From NCBI GenBank assembly GCA_963837175.1, contig CAWIMJ010000034.1, forward strand, positions 64,001 to 128,000: a stretch of 64,000 nt of DNA. The letters run 5' to 3'. Both the position numbers and the translations under genes were made by a program. The notes beneath the pieces were generated by a model, which was given only the letters and a program-made list of their open reading frames with translations, had not been told where the DNA came from and searched no databases. The stretch is from an uncultured Nitrososphaeraceae archaeon (lineage in GTDB: Archaea; Thermoproteota; Nitrososphaeria; Nitrososphaerales; Nitrososphaeraceae). Shown piece after piece: positions 32,016 to 43,100 of this stretch (positions within the stretch are counted from its first letter, which is position 1; every line of letters begins with the position of its first letter).

Positions 32016-32387
32016 CAAACATATGCCGAAAAGATAAACATGAGCTTCTAAGAAAATGAATATGTTAATGGCACAGCAAACTCACCGCTCTATTAAACCA
32101 TCACTATTAAAAAGACTGAAATGGACTGGTTTTCAGGAAAAACTCAACTGTCCACATCTTATGAATATAAGATAAGAGTATAATAAAGAACAACCTGAAA
32201 GCATTAAGTGAGTTTGAATTACCTTTAATTTTAAAGAGTGACTTGTTTCCAGAAGTAGGAAACCTTGCTATGATTAGAAACTATAACATGGACATTAATA
32301 ACACTTCTTCTGATTATTCAAATTTAAGCGTAAAAGATGGAGAGACTTGGGCGGGATATGAAGACGGGAACTTGATTAATGATTCAA

Positions 32388-32419
32388 GCCTTGGTAGGGC
32401 AAAGGTCCCGGGTTCAAAT
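32388..32419 (+). tRNA. Anticodon loop to T-loop fragment of tRNA-Thr(GGT)
   Basis: GCC TTGGTAG GGCAA AGGTC CCGGG TTCAAAT. The 3' T-stem and acceptor strand are missing. Confidence 0.6.
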
Positions 32420-32653
32420 GTTACAACATCCCATGTCAATGCACCAACATCTTACATCCAATAACGAAAATAATTCTTATGCTGGAACGTTATTAGGTTT
32501 CAAACAGTCTTAAATAGGCAGCAGGTGAACCCTTTTACATGCAGGGACCGAATCCCACCGAACCCCTGCAAATTTTATCCCTTCACAAATAAATAGTGAC
32601 ATGAGCAAGCTATAAAACAAATACTTATTATATTTCATAAATACAGAGGTATT

Positions 32654-33381
32654 GGCTGTGTTAAGTTAAGACTGATCACCTCAATAATCTAATCATTGTA
32701 GTGAATTTGGTATATCTAATTGCAGCATTTTGCATAAACATAAACAAGCATGTCCATTTGTATACATGATATATCTTACAACCATGTATCTGCAAGGATA
32801 ATAGTCATCATCAAAACATTCTATTCTGTCCTTGAAGTACTGAATAGATTTTTCAATGATGCTTTTTTTAAACGATGAATGCAATCTGTGCTCAAGACCA
32901 AGAGAAGAAATGCCTCTGGGTTCCATGATCCTCCATCTGAGTATACACTATATGCTTACCATAGATTTTGACTAATGACTTCAGGAATGATTCTGCTACT
33001 ATCATATTTCTGTATCGTGAAAGGTAAACTCCTAGAATCAAACTATGAATAGTTTCAATTGCAATCCATAACCATGCGTTATTATTTCCTATTTGGATCA
33101 TGGTTTCATCTATAAGAGAAAAGCAGTAACTCTTGTTTTTCTAGAATAGGCTATTTTTGAATTGGATTGTTGTTATACCCAATTCCATACTGAAACATGA
33201 CTCCTTTTTATAATTCTTGATGATAATGCTCTAGATGCATTTCTAAATGAAAGACGTTCTAGAAAGTACAAGTATAAACCATAAGCGATATCTTCAAAAG
33301 ATGTCCTATTTCTTATACAAGATATCAAGTCAAAGAATACAATGTATTTCGCTATAGATTTTTCCTTAAGTTAACAGAGTC
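32654..33381 (-). mobile_element. Degenerate IS6-family element
   Basis: Ends GGCTGTGTTAAGTTAA and TTAAGTTAACAGAGTC. Frameshifted DETMIQIG, WLWIAIE and KDRIECFDD. Confidence 0.85.
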
Positions 33382-33433
33382 CCCGTTAAAATATTATAGA
33401 TGAAATGCAATTTATATTGATAGAGTAGTTTCT

Positions 33434-35362
33434 TTGTCTTTACAAGTAACAAAAATCAAAGGAATACCAATTCGCTTACATTTTACTTTAATTATAGGCT
33501 TTTTTCTAATAGCTTGGACACTTGCCGCAAGATTAATGCCTGAAATCTATCCTAGCCTAACTAGAGAAGAATATTGGATTATAGGTATTTTGGGTGCTGG
33601 TATCTTGTTTATTTCTGTACTTTTACATGAATTAGCTCATTCAATAGTGGCATTAAAGTATGGACTTAAAGTACACCAGATAATACTTTTTATTTTTGGA
33701 GGAGTATCTGATATTGAAGAACAAGGAGAATCTTCAAAGGATTTTCGCAAAGAATTTAAAACTGCTGTTGTAGGTCCTATAACAAGCTTTGTTATTGCAG
33801 GAATATTGGCATTAGCATGGTGGATATTATTAATATTATCATCATCAGCTCAAACTGGATTCACTACTACTGATGCAATAAAAAGTATTGCTGAAGCTGT
33901 ACTTAGATATGGTGCATTAACAAATACACTTCTTGGAGGGTTTAACCTTATACCAGCATTTCCATTAGATGGTGGTAGAATATTACGTTCTGCTCTAGTG
34001 AGGTGGAAAAGAGACTATGATCAATCTACAAAAATAGCAGTAAGAATTGGAATAGCCATATCTTATGGGTTTATAGCATTTGGTTTCATTACAATGTTTT
34101 CAGTCTCATTTGTTAGTGGAATGTGGATAATGTTTATAGGTTGGTTCTTAAATAGTGGTGCACAATCCTATTTATCGCAACATGAACTATCCACTACATT
34201 ATCTGGGGTACGTTTAAGAGATATCATGAATACAAGATTTATTTCGGTAAAGCCAGATATAACAGTAAATGATCTATTAAATAATTATTTTAATGCATAT
34301 AGAAAAAGTGAATTTCCAGTAGTAGATGAGAAACATGGGAGTAATTTGCTTGGTGCAGTCACAGCTAAACAAGCCATAAATGTAGTACCAGAACACGATA
34401 GAGATAGGATAAGAGTAGAGGAAATAATGATTCCTAAAAGCAAGCTTATTGTTATGAAATCCAACAGAACAGCTGACGAAGCTTTAAGAAGAGTTTTTAG
34501 AGAAAATAAGAGTAGAGTATTTGTTTATGATGATGAGGAGGAGGAAGACCATATAGAGAAAAGAGGAGGAGGACTAATAGGAGAAAAAGAAGAAGAAAAA
34601 CTAGAGGTAAAAGAACAAGAAAGACAAAGACAAAAGCTAGTCGGATTAATCAGCAAAACAGACTTACTTAATATTGTAAGAGAAAGAGAAGAATACGAGA
34701 AAGAAGTTAAGAGAGTTAGCAGTAGTAATATTGAAGAAAGGAGAACTTCTTTTTCTTCCTCTTTCTTATTATCTACCCATAAGTTTAACATAGTATCAAG
34801 ACAGCGATTGCTATTTTTAGTATTTGGTATGATTCTGTTTATAATTGCTTATTCTGTTGGTGCCATACTAGTAAAGATAAATAGCACTGAAGCAGAAATC
34901 ATGAAAAAACATTTTCAAGAGCAAATTAAAGGAATTAATAAGTACAAGATTTTTGTAAATAATTTTAGAGTCACATTAGGAATGTTTATTCCCGGATTTG
35001 GTATTGCATTAGGTATATTTTCTGCTTTTTCAACTGGATTGGTATTTAATGCTATATCACATACTTCCCCCATTATACCCCATATTTCTCCACTAATAGT
35101 TTTTCTAACACCATTTGGAATTTTAGAAATTATTGCATATGGTATTGCAATATCAAGAAGTGGCATAATATCTTATCAATTAATTAAAGATACCAATAAA
35201 AGAAAATCATGGCAAAAATATGTTATTCCCACCATTATTGAGATTGTAGTAGTATTGGTTATATTATTAATTGGAGCCATAATAGAATGGCAAATGGCAC
35301 AGCAATTTGGAATACTTGGAAAGTATAGTAGTAGAAGTAATATAGATATTAGAGGGCTTTAA
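33434..35362 (+). CDS. Site-2 protease (M50) plus CBS pair, fused to a SpoIIM-like membrane domain
   Basis: HELAH and FNLIPAFPLDGGR, then CBS repeats, then IFVNNF...PFGILE...IGAIIE. Confidence 0.85.
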   Translation: MSLQVTKIKGIPIRLHFTLIIGFFLIAWTLAARLMPEIYPSLTREEYWIIGILGAGILFISVLLHELAHSIVALKYGLKVHQIILFIFGGVSDIEEQGESSKDFRKEFKTAVVGPITSFVIAGILALAWWILLILSSSAQTGFTTTDAIKSIAEAVLRYGALTNTLLGGFNLIPAFPLDGGRILRSALVRWKRDYDQSTKIAVRIGIAISYGFIAFGFITMFSVSFVSGMWIMFIGWFLNSGAQSYLSQHELSTTLSGVRLRDIMNTRFISVKPDITVNDLLNNYFNAYRKSEFPVVDEKHGSNLLGAVTAKQAINVVPEHDRDRIRVEEIMIPKSKLIVMKSNRTADEALRRVFRENKSRVFVYDDEEEEDHIEKRGGGLIGEKEEEKLEVKEQERQRQKLVGLISKTDLLNIVREREEYEKEVKRVSSSNIEERRTSFSSSFLLSTHKFNIVSRQRLLFLVFGMILFIIAYSVGAILVKINSTEAEIMKKHFQEQIKGINKYKIFVNNFRVTLGMFIPGFGIALGIFSAFSTGLVFNAISHTSPIIPHISPLIVFLTPFGILEIIAYGIAISRSGIISYQLIKDTNKRKSWQKYVIPTIIEIVVVLVILLIGAIIEWQMAQQFGILGKYSSRSNIDIRGL

Positions 35363-35770
35363 ATATAATGATTCTAATTATAACAGATCAAATTAATTCC
35401 ATTTTCTAAGAACGTATCTATCGGATTTATTTTAAGATAAATGAATTAAAGGTTGTTATTATTATACAATGCTATAATTGGCTAATAAATTACTGCATTT
35501 AATCGTGTTTACATATAAGCAAGTATTTGCAATTGACTTATCTCCCAGTTATAATGCATCAAATCCTGTTCTTGTCTGGCAATCTTTAACTGGGCCTAAT
35601 ATGATGTCAAATTTAGTTCACATACCTCTGGTATGAACTTTCATTTTATTTGGAATCCTATCAGTTATAACTTTACATGGCTGATAGAATGTGGAAAGAA
35701 GTAAAGGTTATCTTTAACTTCTTATATTAATAATGAATATGTCGAATCCTAAAAAAGGGATTCGAACTGA

Positions 35771-35795
35771 GGGTGCAAATCCCGCCCAGTCCACT
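35771..35795 (+). other. tRNA-Ala-like 3' end (att-like site)
   Basis: GGGTGCAAATCCCGC CCAGTCC A fits a T-arm plus acceptor with U70 and A73. Confidence 0.55.
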
Positions 35796-36059
35796 CATCG
35801 ATCGCGATGGCGATAATCGGAGATTTGACGCATAAATTTGAACGAATTGTTACCAAAAACAATATTCATGTAATGTACAAAGATCATAATTTGTTAACAA
35901 AAATGCTAACAAAAAGTTGCAAAAAGACCTTTTTATGTTAACAATTGCGATCTTGTGTTAACACAAGTAGATTTCTTGTTAACAATAGTTGGCTCGATGA
36001 TCTGATTAATATTAGCGTAAAAATAATAATGTTCAGTGAAACTTTTCCTGTTTTATTCT

Positions 36060-36251
36060 TTATTTAACTTTCCAAAATAATCTGTATCTTCCTACCTTTT
36101 TCCACTTTATATTTTTCTTTGTATTTGCTAGCTCTAGCAGCGCTCCCTGAACAGTCTTCTGATTCAGATTAATTTTATCAGCAATTTCATTAGGTGTCTG
36201 TGGCTCATCCTTTAGAACATTATACACTTTCTTTAAAGTTTCTTCAGACAT
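36060..36251 (-). CDS. Small winged-HTH protein
   Basis: QTPNEIADKINLNQKTVQGALLEL followed by a wing (KKVGRYRLFW). Confidence 0.7.
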   Translation of the reverse strand: MSEETLKKVYNVLKDEPQTPNEIADKINLNQKTVQGALLELANTKKNIKWKKVGRYRLFWKVK

Positions 36252-36304
36252 TATTCTAATAAGACATCCAAGGCCTTGTTATATAATACTTATCATCCAT
36301 ACTG

Positions 36305-36871
36305 ATGATCAGTAATGCTTATATTATCTACTTATGCATAGTACTGATGATGAGTATTATTAAAATAAATGAGCAAAATAATAATTTAAGCATCAAACAA
36401 ACAGAAGTAAAAAATCAGGTTATCTATTGGAAAACAGTAGGTGTTAGGATAAGGTCACAGGACCTACCTATACTTAATCAAAGACTCAGACTATATGGTT
36501 TTGAGACATTAGGTCAGTTGGTCAGCGATTTCCTAACTACTAAATTTCCACCAATTACAGAGGATAGACAAATTCAAGCAATGGATAGCAATACACAAAG
36601 TAACGGTCTAAAAACATTAGTCACTTCTGGTTCATTCGAACCAACCTTTTACAAAAATGTAACCTTGGATGATATGCTCAAATATCTTTTAACTATTCGA
36701 AAGCTTGACCACAAACATGTAAAGGACCTAGTGAGTTACTTTAGACGTTTCCGAGATCTATTCTTTGGACCTCAGCCTGAGGAGATCCTCAAATTCAACC
36801 CACCTAAAAGAGGATGGATTATACAAGCTAGCTTTAACTATAAAACATTGGAACATAACGCTAAGAAATAG
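36305..36871 (+). pseudogene. Probable integrase N-terminal fragment of an integrated element
   Basis: RHH-like WKTVGVRIR..DL region, then a SAM-like region that ends abruptly. Divergent from the HTH gene and near the att-like site. Confidence 0.45.
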
Positions 36872-37277
36872 AATTATGTTTAAAATTAAATCCATCTCTC
36901 TTGATGCTCTTATAGATAATAGTCTTTAGTATGATATTATTTTCATAACTAGAGAGTATTAAAGGCAATACTGTATAAACATCTGAGTTTTGCAGAATTG
37001 ATAACGACTTGATTACAATTTGTAGAAGTGGGAAAAATAAGCATTAGTCTATGGTGATTGCTAGCATTTGCCAGAACCGGCCAATTTTGTAAAAAATGTC
37101 ACATCTACCTGATGTAACAGGTTATTAGTCTTTTTCTTGCAGAAGATTCTTATTATGTTTAGTACTACTACAATATATTATAATGATACTTCATAATAGA
37201 ACAAGTGGAGTTACTAGAGTCACTCCGGCGCGACTCTGCAGCAACCATTACCAACAGTCTTTGAGAGGCGTGCAGCG

Positions 37278-38282
37278 ATGACAAAAAAATGGAACTGCCC
37301 TATCTGTGAAATATCCTCAAACAGACATTGGAACATGCAGCGTCATATTTCCAGGCTACATGGAGGAATGGGTGAACCTGTTAGACATGAGACGACGCAA
37401 TATTATACAGATATGAATCCACACAATTTTTGTTTTCCTTTTGATTATTCGCATCATGTACCCTCATCCTCTCTTCGGAAAGAGAGAACAGACAAAAAGT
37501 TCTCAGATGTGCTCGAAGACCAAATTCTACAGCCACTTCGTAAAATACTAGAATACAAGAATCTAATCAGTCAACTTTCCACTATACAGCCAAAACGACA
37601 AAGGATCGCGCCAGTTGGCGGTGTCTATACTAATATTCCATCTACGACTTTTGACAGTGATGAATCTAACAATAACTTATCGGAACATTTTAGATTTGAG
37701 GATGATGATGGTTTAGAGAAAGTTGGATATAGAGGTCATGTATGTAAAAAGTGTTCAATTATTAGCATTGATACTATATTTCACCAGAACGATGGAGAAA
37801 GTGGACAACTTGAAACGAAACATACCTGTAATTCGAAAATATTATCCGATATTCAACGACATCCTGGTAAAGACAACATAATCACTAAACAGCACGAGAA
37901 ATTACACGAGTTAATGAAGAAAAAAGTGAACTCATGGACTAATAATTCCGCTTATTTGGTAGCTGTTGAAATGCCACCAAACGCCGTTGTGAACAATAGT
38001 TTTGAGATAACTCCGACCGATGATAGCCATTGGGCCACACGAGCAATCAAGGATAAACAAACTATTCTCAATGATGAAGAGTTATCAGATTTCTTGGATA
38101 AAGCACGAGATTCTACATATGCTTCTTTTAAAGTCATTTCACCGTCTTCGCAGCAACAACAAGAATCCACAACCTGCCACTATTTAATGATAATTACTGA
38201 TAATAAAATCGATCTTTCATTTGAACTAGTATTTCAATACATAGCAGATCACAATAATGTACTATCCAATCATAAAGAGTAA
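37278..38282 (+). CDS. C2H2 zinc-finger hypothetical protein
   Basis: WNCPIC...NMQRHISRLH, plus a second C..C...HTC. Confidence 0.7.
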   Translation: MTKKWNCPICEISSNRHWNMQRHISRLHGGMGEPVRHETTQYYTDMNPHNFCFPFDYSHHVPSSSLRKERTDKKFSDVLEDQILQPLRKILEYKNLISQLSTIQPKRQRIAPVGGVYTNIPSTTFDSDESNNNLSEHFRFEDDDGLEKVGYRGHVCKKCSIISIDTIFHQNDGESGQLETKHTCNSKILSDIQRHPGKDNIITKQHEKLHELMKKKVNSWTNNSAYLVAVEMPPNAVVNNSFEITPTDDSHWATRAIKDKQTILNDEELSDFLDKARDSTYASFKVISPSSQQQQESTTCHYLMIITDNKIDLSFELVFQYIADHNNVLSNHKE

Positions 38283-38616
38283 CAACGTAATATTTGAAAT
38301 CACATTAAATTTATTCAATAAATGCAGAATCGTTTATCTTCAGATAATTTTTCAAAGCAAATAGAGAAATTACCAGATAAGGAACATTCCTAATTTATTT
38401 GCAAAATAGATATTAAAACTTGTGATAATTATGCTGATTATTATTGATAGTAGTCGATAATTTTTACTCATACTTATTCATACATATGCTAATTTAGAGA
38501 TATTTATTGTGCTCAAATATTTTCTTATTGAAATGAAAGCAGCCCAGTCCACTAACTAGACGGGTTCACATAACACAATGAATAATATACAAATGCCATT
38601 TGAGGAATTGAAATAA

Positions 38617-38935
38617 ATGCCAGTTAGATTGTCTACTACAACAGTTACTAGAATTGCTTTGTTACCTAATTCTACTAATGCAGCATTGATGACTGAATTT
38701 TATTAGATATGAAAAATAATGATACATCAGAAAGTCATACCAATAACAGTTTGAAAACAAATACGGCATTTGTTCAATTTCTTGGCCCGGATGTTACCTT
38801 TTATGATGTTAAAAGAAAAGAGCAGATTACGGCATTTTTGGATACAAAGATAAAAAGCCTAGATGAAGATCCTGATAGAAAATCGATTACGACGTGGAAT
38901 GATTATCTCAATGATATCAAGTATTTTTTCAGGTG
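38617..38935 (+). pseudogene. Tyrosine-recombinase/integrase 5' stub
   Basis: MPVRLSTT...EFY*DMKNNDTSE...FLDTKIK..EDPDRK.ITTWNDYL..IKYFFR with an internal stop. Preceded by GCCCAGTCCA. Confidence 0.6.
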
Positions 38936-39549
38936 CAACATGATCGTTCTTGATAACAAGATTGCTTTGGTAGTCTTGCCTAGCGATTTCAAGCTGCTTT
39001 TGTTTTTCATTCCATTTGTTAGTAGCATATGGAATGACAACACCTGAAATTGCAGCACCTATAATGGGGAGAATAAGTGGATGGGAAAGTAATTCCAGTC
39101 AAATACAAAGCATTAGGTAGTTTAGATTCATTTTATACATATTGAAGAACAACTATTAATTAGGCCTTCTAGGCAACGGATACCCCGGAGATAGATTATC
39201 ATACCCTTCTATGGTTCTTCTGGGTTGCAAAATTAGATCATATTTGATGTGCATTCCAGCTCATAGTAATCTGGTCTATCTTAGAAACTGGTTAACCCAT
39301 ACCAGATAAAAGAAAAGCTAAATAAGAACAAAACAACAGGACCCTTATACATGCGGGGACCTAATCCCACCGAACCCGTGAATTAATTTGTATTGCCATT
39401 ACTATCCATTACTATCCTACTTCTAATCCTACATCCATCATTACCAATCATCGAAATTCCAAAAACGTACGATCAAATTGCTGCCTACAGAAAAGAAGAA
39501 CCAGAAATTAGGTAATCATTATTGTTTTATCCTTATTAATTAATTAATT

Positions 39550-40728
39550 GAGGCTTGGGCATAATTCCAGGTTCATCATTTTAACAATATCTATTGATCA
39601 TTGTCTATTTAGCTAGCCTTTGGATGTCTGATGTTCTAGTGAGAAACAACGAAACAAGTCCAAAGACTAGACTATGGTAGATCAGAATCTATCCTTATTA
39701 GCATTTTGTACCTGATAGATCGCATATCATGGCCTACTTTCAAAAGAAGGAACAGCCGTGGGAGGCCATATGTTTATTCACAGACTGTAATCATGAAGTG
39801 CTTTATAGTTAGAATATGGTTTAGACTGGATTCTAACAATGCATTACATGAATTCTTGGAAATGGATTATCCGTACAATAAGAAGATAATGAAAGCATGT
39901 GGCCTAACACAGATACCAGACAGGTGTACGTTTGACAGACGTCTAAGAACGATATCTACAGATATAAAAGAAAGAATAGTTGTCATGACAAATCATTTCA
40001 TATATGAAGGAATGATAGACCCATACATTGTTGCAATAGATAGTACTTTACTCAAGGCCAAAGGACATATCTGGCACAAATCATCTATGAAAAAAGATAT
40101 AGTACCACGTTCTGGAATTGATACTGATGCAAGATGGGGATTCAGCCATACCAAGGGTTGGATATTTGGTTACAAACTCCATTTGATATCAAGTACTGGA
40201 CCTATTATAGTACCATTAGCAGCAGATTTTACAACTGCTAATGTACAGGATAATCAATTGTATAATCCAATGACTGCCCTATCATCTTCTCTAATCACAG
40301 AAGAAACATGTTTCATGATAGGTGATTCTGGGTATGACAATCAAAAACTATATGATCTTAGCATCAATAGAGGATTTGAACTAGTGTGTCCAGTACAAAG
40401 ATATGAACATACTTCGACTAAAAGACTACACCTTATAGAATTCTATGAATCTGAATTAGGACAGGCCATTTATTCTTGGAGAAGCAAATCGATAGAACCA
40501 TTAATAGAACATCTAAAACAGGTATTTAGAATATATCCATTACTTATAAGAGGATATCACAAGGCTGCTGGACTAGTACCTCTTATCAGTACTTCTATAC
40601 CAGGTACTTGTCTATTACAATCTTAAAATGACAAGAAAACAACCAAAAGCAATCAAACATCTATTGTGTAGTTAATCTGACAATAAATGAATGATGAAAA
40701 TTATAACATCGAATTATGCCCAAGTCTC
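39550..40728 (+). mobile_element. IS with DDE_Tnp_1-type transposase (IS5/IS982-like)
   Basis: TIRs GAG(G/A)CTTGGGCATAATTC, flanked on both sides by AATTAATT. Confidence 0.88.
39706..40626 (+). CDS. DDE transposase (possible C-terminal frameshift)
   Basis: AIDST, DTDARWG, FGYKLH, GDSGYD and RSKSIE. Confidence 0.85.
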   Translation: MYLIDRISWPTFKRRNSRGRPYVYSQTVIMKCFIVRIWFRLDSNNALHEFLEMDYPYNKKIMKACGLTQIPDRCTFDRRLRTISTDIKERIVVMTNHFIYEGMIDPYIVAIDSTLLKAKGHIWHKSSMKKDIVPRSGIDTDARWGFSHTKGWIFGYKLHLISSTGPIIVPLAADFTTANVQDNQLYNPMTALSSSLITEETCFMIGDSGYDNQKLYDLSINRGFELVCPVQRYEHTSTKRLHLIEFYESELGQAIYSWRSKSIEPLIEHLKQVFRIYPLLIRGYHKAAGLVPLISTSIPGTCLLQS

Positions 40729-40889
40729 AATTAATTAAAACATCTATCACAGCTCAATAGACTTGATATAATATAAATTTGATAAATATCGCTAAATTTT
40801 GAATATATTTATCTTTTCTCCAAAGAAAGGGAAAGTCTTGAGATTTTTCATATATGAATCTATAAGTATTAGATTAATATAATTTGTAA

Positions 40890-42533
40890 ATGTTGTTCTT
40901 CTACAAAGCTGCAGATAAGACCAAGATATTGCATCGTGCTCAAGTAATAAACGCGATAGTAGATGTTTTCTATAATGCAAAACATAGAGTAGATGTTTGT
41001 GGAAATTCTAAATTTCCGTCATTGATATTTTCATTTGAACCAATAAGGAAGGCAATTATTGCTTCTAAAAATAAAGGCATAAGACAAAGATACATAATTG
41101 AAATTACAAAAGAAAATATCAAATATTGTAAAGAGCTAATGCAATTAGTTGATGATCTTCGTCACTCAGATCAAATTGAAGCTAACTTTGGATTAAATGA
41201 GATAGAATATTTAGGGGCTGTAAGTTTGCAAGAAGAACGATTACAAGCTACTTATTGTAACATAAAGGAAGTCATAGAACAGCAACACTACATTTTTGAT
41301 AATCTTTGGAATAAATCAATAGTTGCAAACGAAAAAATAAGAGAAATTGAAGAGGGGATAGAATCAGAATTTTATGAAATTATCACTGATAATGAAAAAG
41401 CAAAGAACATATTTATTGATCTTGCAAAGTCAATAGAGAAGGAAGCTCTGTTACTCTTTGCAAATAGCCAAGCTCTAATTAGGTCAGATAAATTAGGGAT
41501 TATTAATTATCTGATAGAATCATCGGCCAAAACAGGGGCAATGAAAGGTGCAACAATCAGAATTATCTGTCCATTAACTGTAGAGAATACACATGTAATA
41601 AACCAAATAAAGGAGAATGCACCTGATATTAGAATTCTTAACAGCGAAGGTTCTCATTCGGGACTATTTATAGTAGATAGTTCAAGGTTTATGAGATTTG
41701 AGCTTAAAGAACCAAGAGCTGAAGAGTTTTCAGAAGCTATTGGATTTGTTCTATACTCAAACAGTAAAGTTGGTATAGATTCCTCCAAGGCATTTTTTGA
41801 ACTACTTTGGAATGAGCGTATTCAATATGAAAAACTAAGGGAATATGAGAGACTAAAAGAGATACAAAAGATGAAAGATGAATTTATTAATGTGGCAGCC
41901 CATGAATTACGAACTCCTATTCAGCCTATACTTGGTTTGTCTGAAGTTCTTTACGCTAAAATAAAAGATACCGAGCAACGTCAATTACTAGATACCATCA
42001 CAAGAAATGCAAAAAGACTGCAAAGGCTTACAGATGACATACTAGATGTTACAAAAATAGAAAGCCAATCACTAAAACTAAGCAAAGAAAGGTTTAATCT
42101 AAATGATTTGATATCAAATATTATAGATGGCTATAGAAATTATATTGAAAAAGACAAGGTACAGGTAAAATTATTGTATGAGCCTAATAACAAAGATAAT
42201 ATATATGTAGAAGCAGATAGAGGAAGGCTCATTCAAGTTATTTCAAACTTACTAGGTAATGCTATCAAATTTACCAAAGAAGGAACTATATGTATTATTA
42301 CAGAAGACAAAGATAATCAAGTAGTTGTTAGTGTAAAGGATACAGGTACCGGAATACATCCAGAAATACTTCCAAGACTATTCTCAAAGTTTGTTACAAA
42401 ATCTTTTCAAGGTACAGGACTAGGATTGTTTATTTGCAAAAGCATAGTAGAAGCTCATGGTGGCAAGATATGGGCTGAGAATAACTCAGATAGAAAAGGT
42501 GCGATGTTTGCATTTAGTCTACCGATCAATTAA
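40890..42533 (+). CDS. Cytoplasmic sensor histidine kinase (HisKA plus HATPase)
   Basis: AAHELRTP, NLLGNAIKF, DTGTG and GTGLGL. Confidence 0.95.
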   Translation: MLFFYKAADKTKILHRAQVINAIVDVFYNAKHRVDVCGNSKFPSLIFSFEPIRKAIIASKNKGIRQRYIIEITKENIKYCKELMQLVDDLRHSDQIEANFGLNEIEYLGAVSLQEERLQATYCNIKEVIEQQHYIFDNLWNKSIVANEKIREIEEGIESEFYEIITDNEKAKNIFIDLAKSIEKEALLLFANSQALIRSDKLGIINYLIESSAKTGAMKGATIRIICPLTVENTHVINQIKENAPDIRILNSEGSHSGLFIVDSSRFMRFELKEPRAEEFSEAIGFVLYSNSKVGIDSSKAFFELLWNERIQYEKLREYERLKEIQKMKDEFINVAAHELRTPIQPILGLSEVLYAKIKDTEQRQLLDTITRNAKRLQRLTDDILDVTKIESQSLKLSKERFNLNDLISNIIDGYRNYIEKDKVQVKLLYEPNNKDNIYVEADRGRLIQVISNLLGNAIKFTKEGTICIITEDKDNQVVVSVKDTGTGIHPEILPRLFSKFVTKSFQGTGLGLFICKSIVEAHGGKIWAENNSDRKGAMFAFSLPIN

Positions 42534-43029
42534 TGAATAACAGAAATTCTCCATCATTTGTAAAATGATATAATATATATTCTGGGTATTTATTTCTCCG
42601 TCCTCCGTCTCTGTATTCTGGAAATGCATTTCTATAACTAAATGTATCCTGAGTGATAAAATAAAGTCAATTCTGTACTGCATCCCACCGAACCCGTAAA
42701 TTAGGTTCTATAGTGATTATACTATAGTGATTTCATCTAAAAGTGAAGATGATTATAAATCAAAACCTCCAAAGAATAGAGGAGAAGTATACGCACAAAA
42801 ACAACAAAGAATTGCAGAAGAAATAAACAAGTAAGATTCCGCATTAGCATCAATCATTAGAATCATTCTAAGCCTTATGCTACTCTTAGACTAAACCCTT
42901 TTACATTGCGCATTTAGATTACATACACTAGTGTATTGCATCTCACCGAATCCGCTAACTATACTGGTTCTTATATGCTGAGTATAGAATAATTATTGCT
43001 GGTATACTGAAGAAAGTAGTAATTAAAAG

Positions 43030-43100
43030 ATGGCAATGAATCTGTCCACAACATTAAGTTATATTACAACTGTACCTAATTCTACAATCTCTGATTTCAG
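43030..43100 (+). pseudogene. Integrase 5' stub
   Basis: MAMNLSTTLSYITTVPN; it and its upstream ~90 bp match 45876-46140. Confidence 0.55.

Noticed and set aside
30801-32419. Functional intron-containing tRNA-Thr
   Set aside because: No canonical bulge-helix-bulge at the required junctions, and the 3' acceptor strand is missing. Kept only as fragments.
32243-32464. 73-aa ORF
   Set aside because: It runs through the tRNA-derived fragment and has no protein motif.
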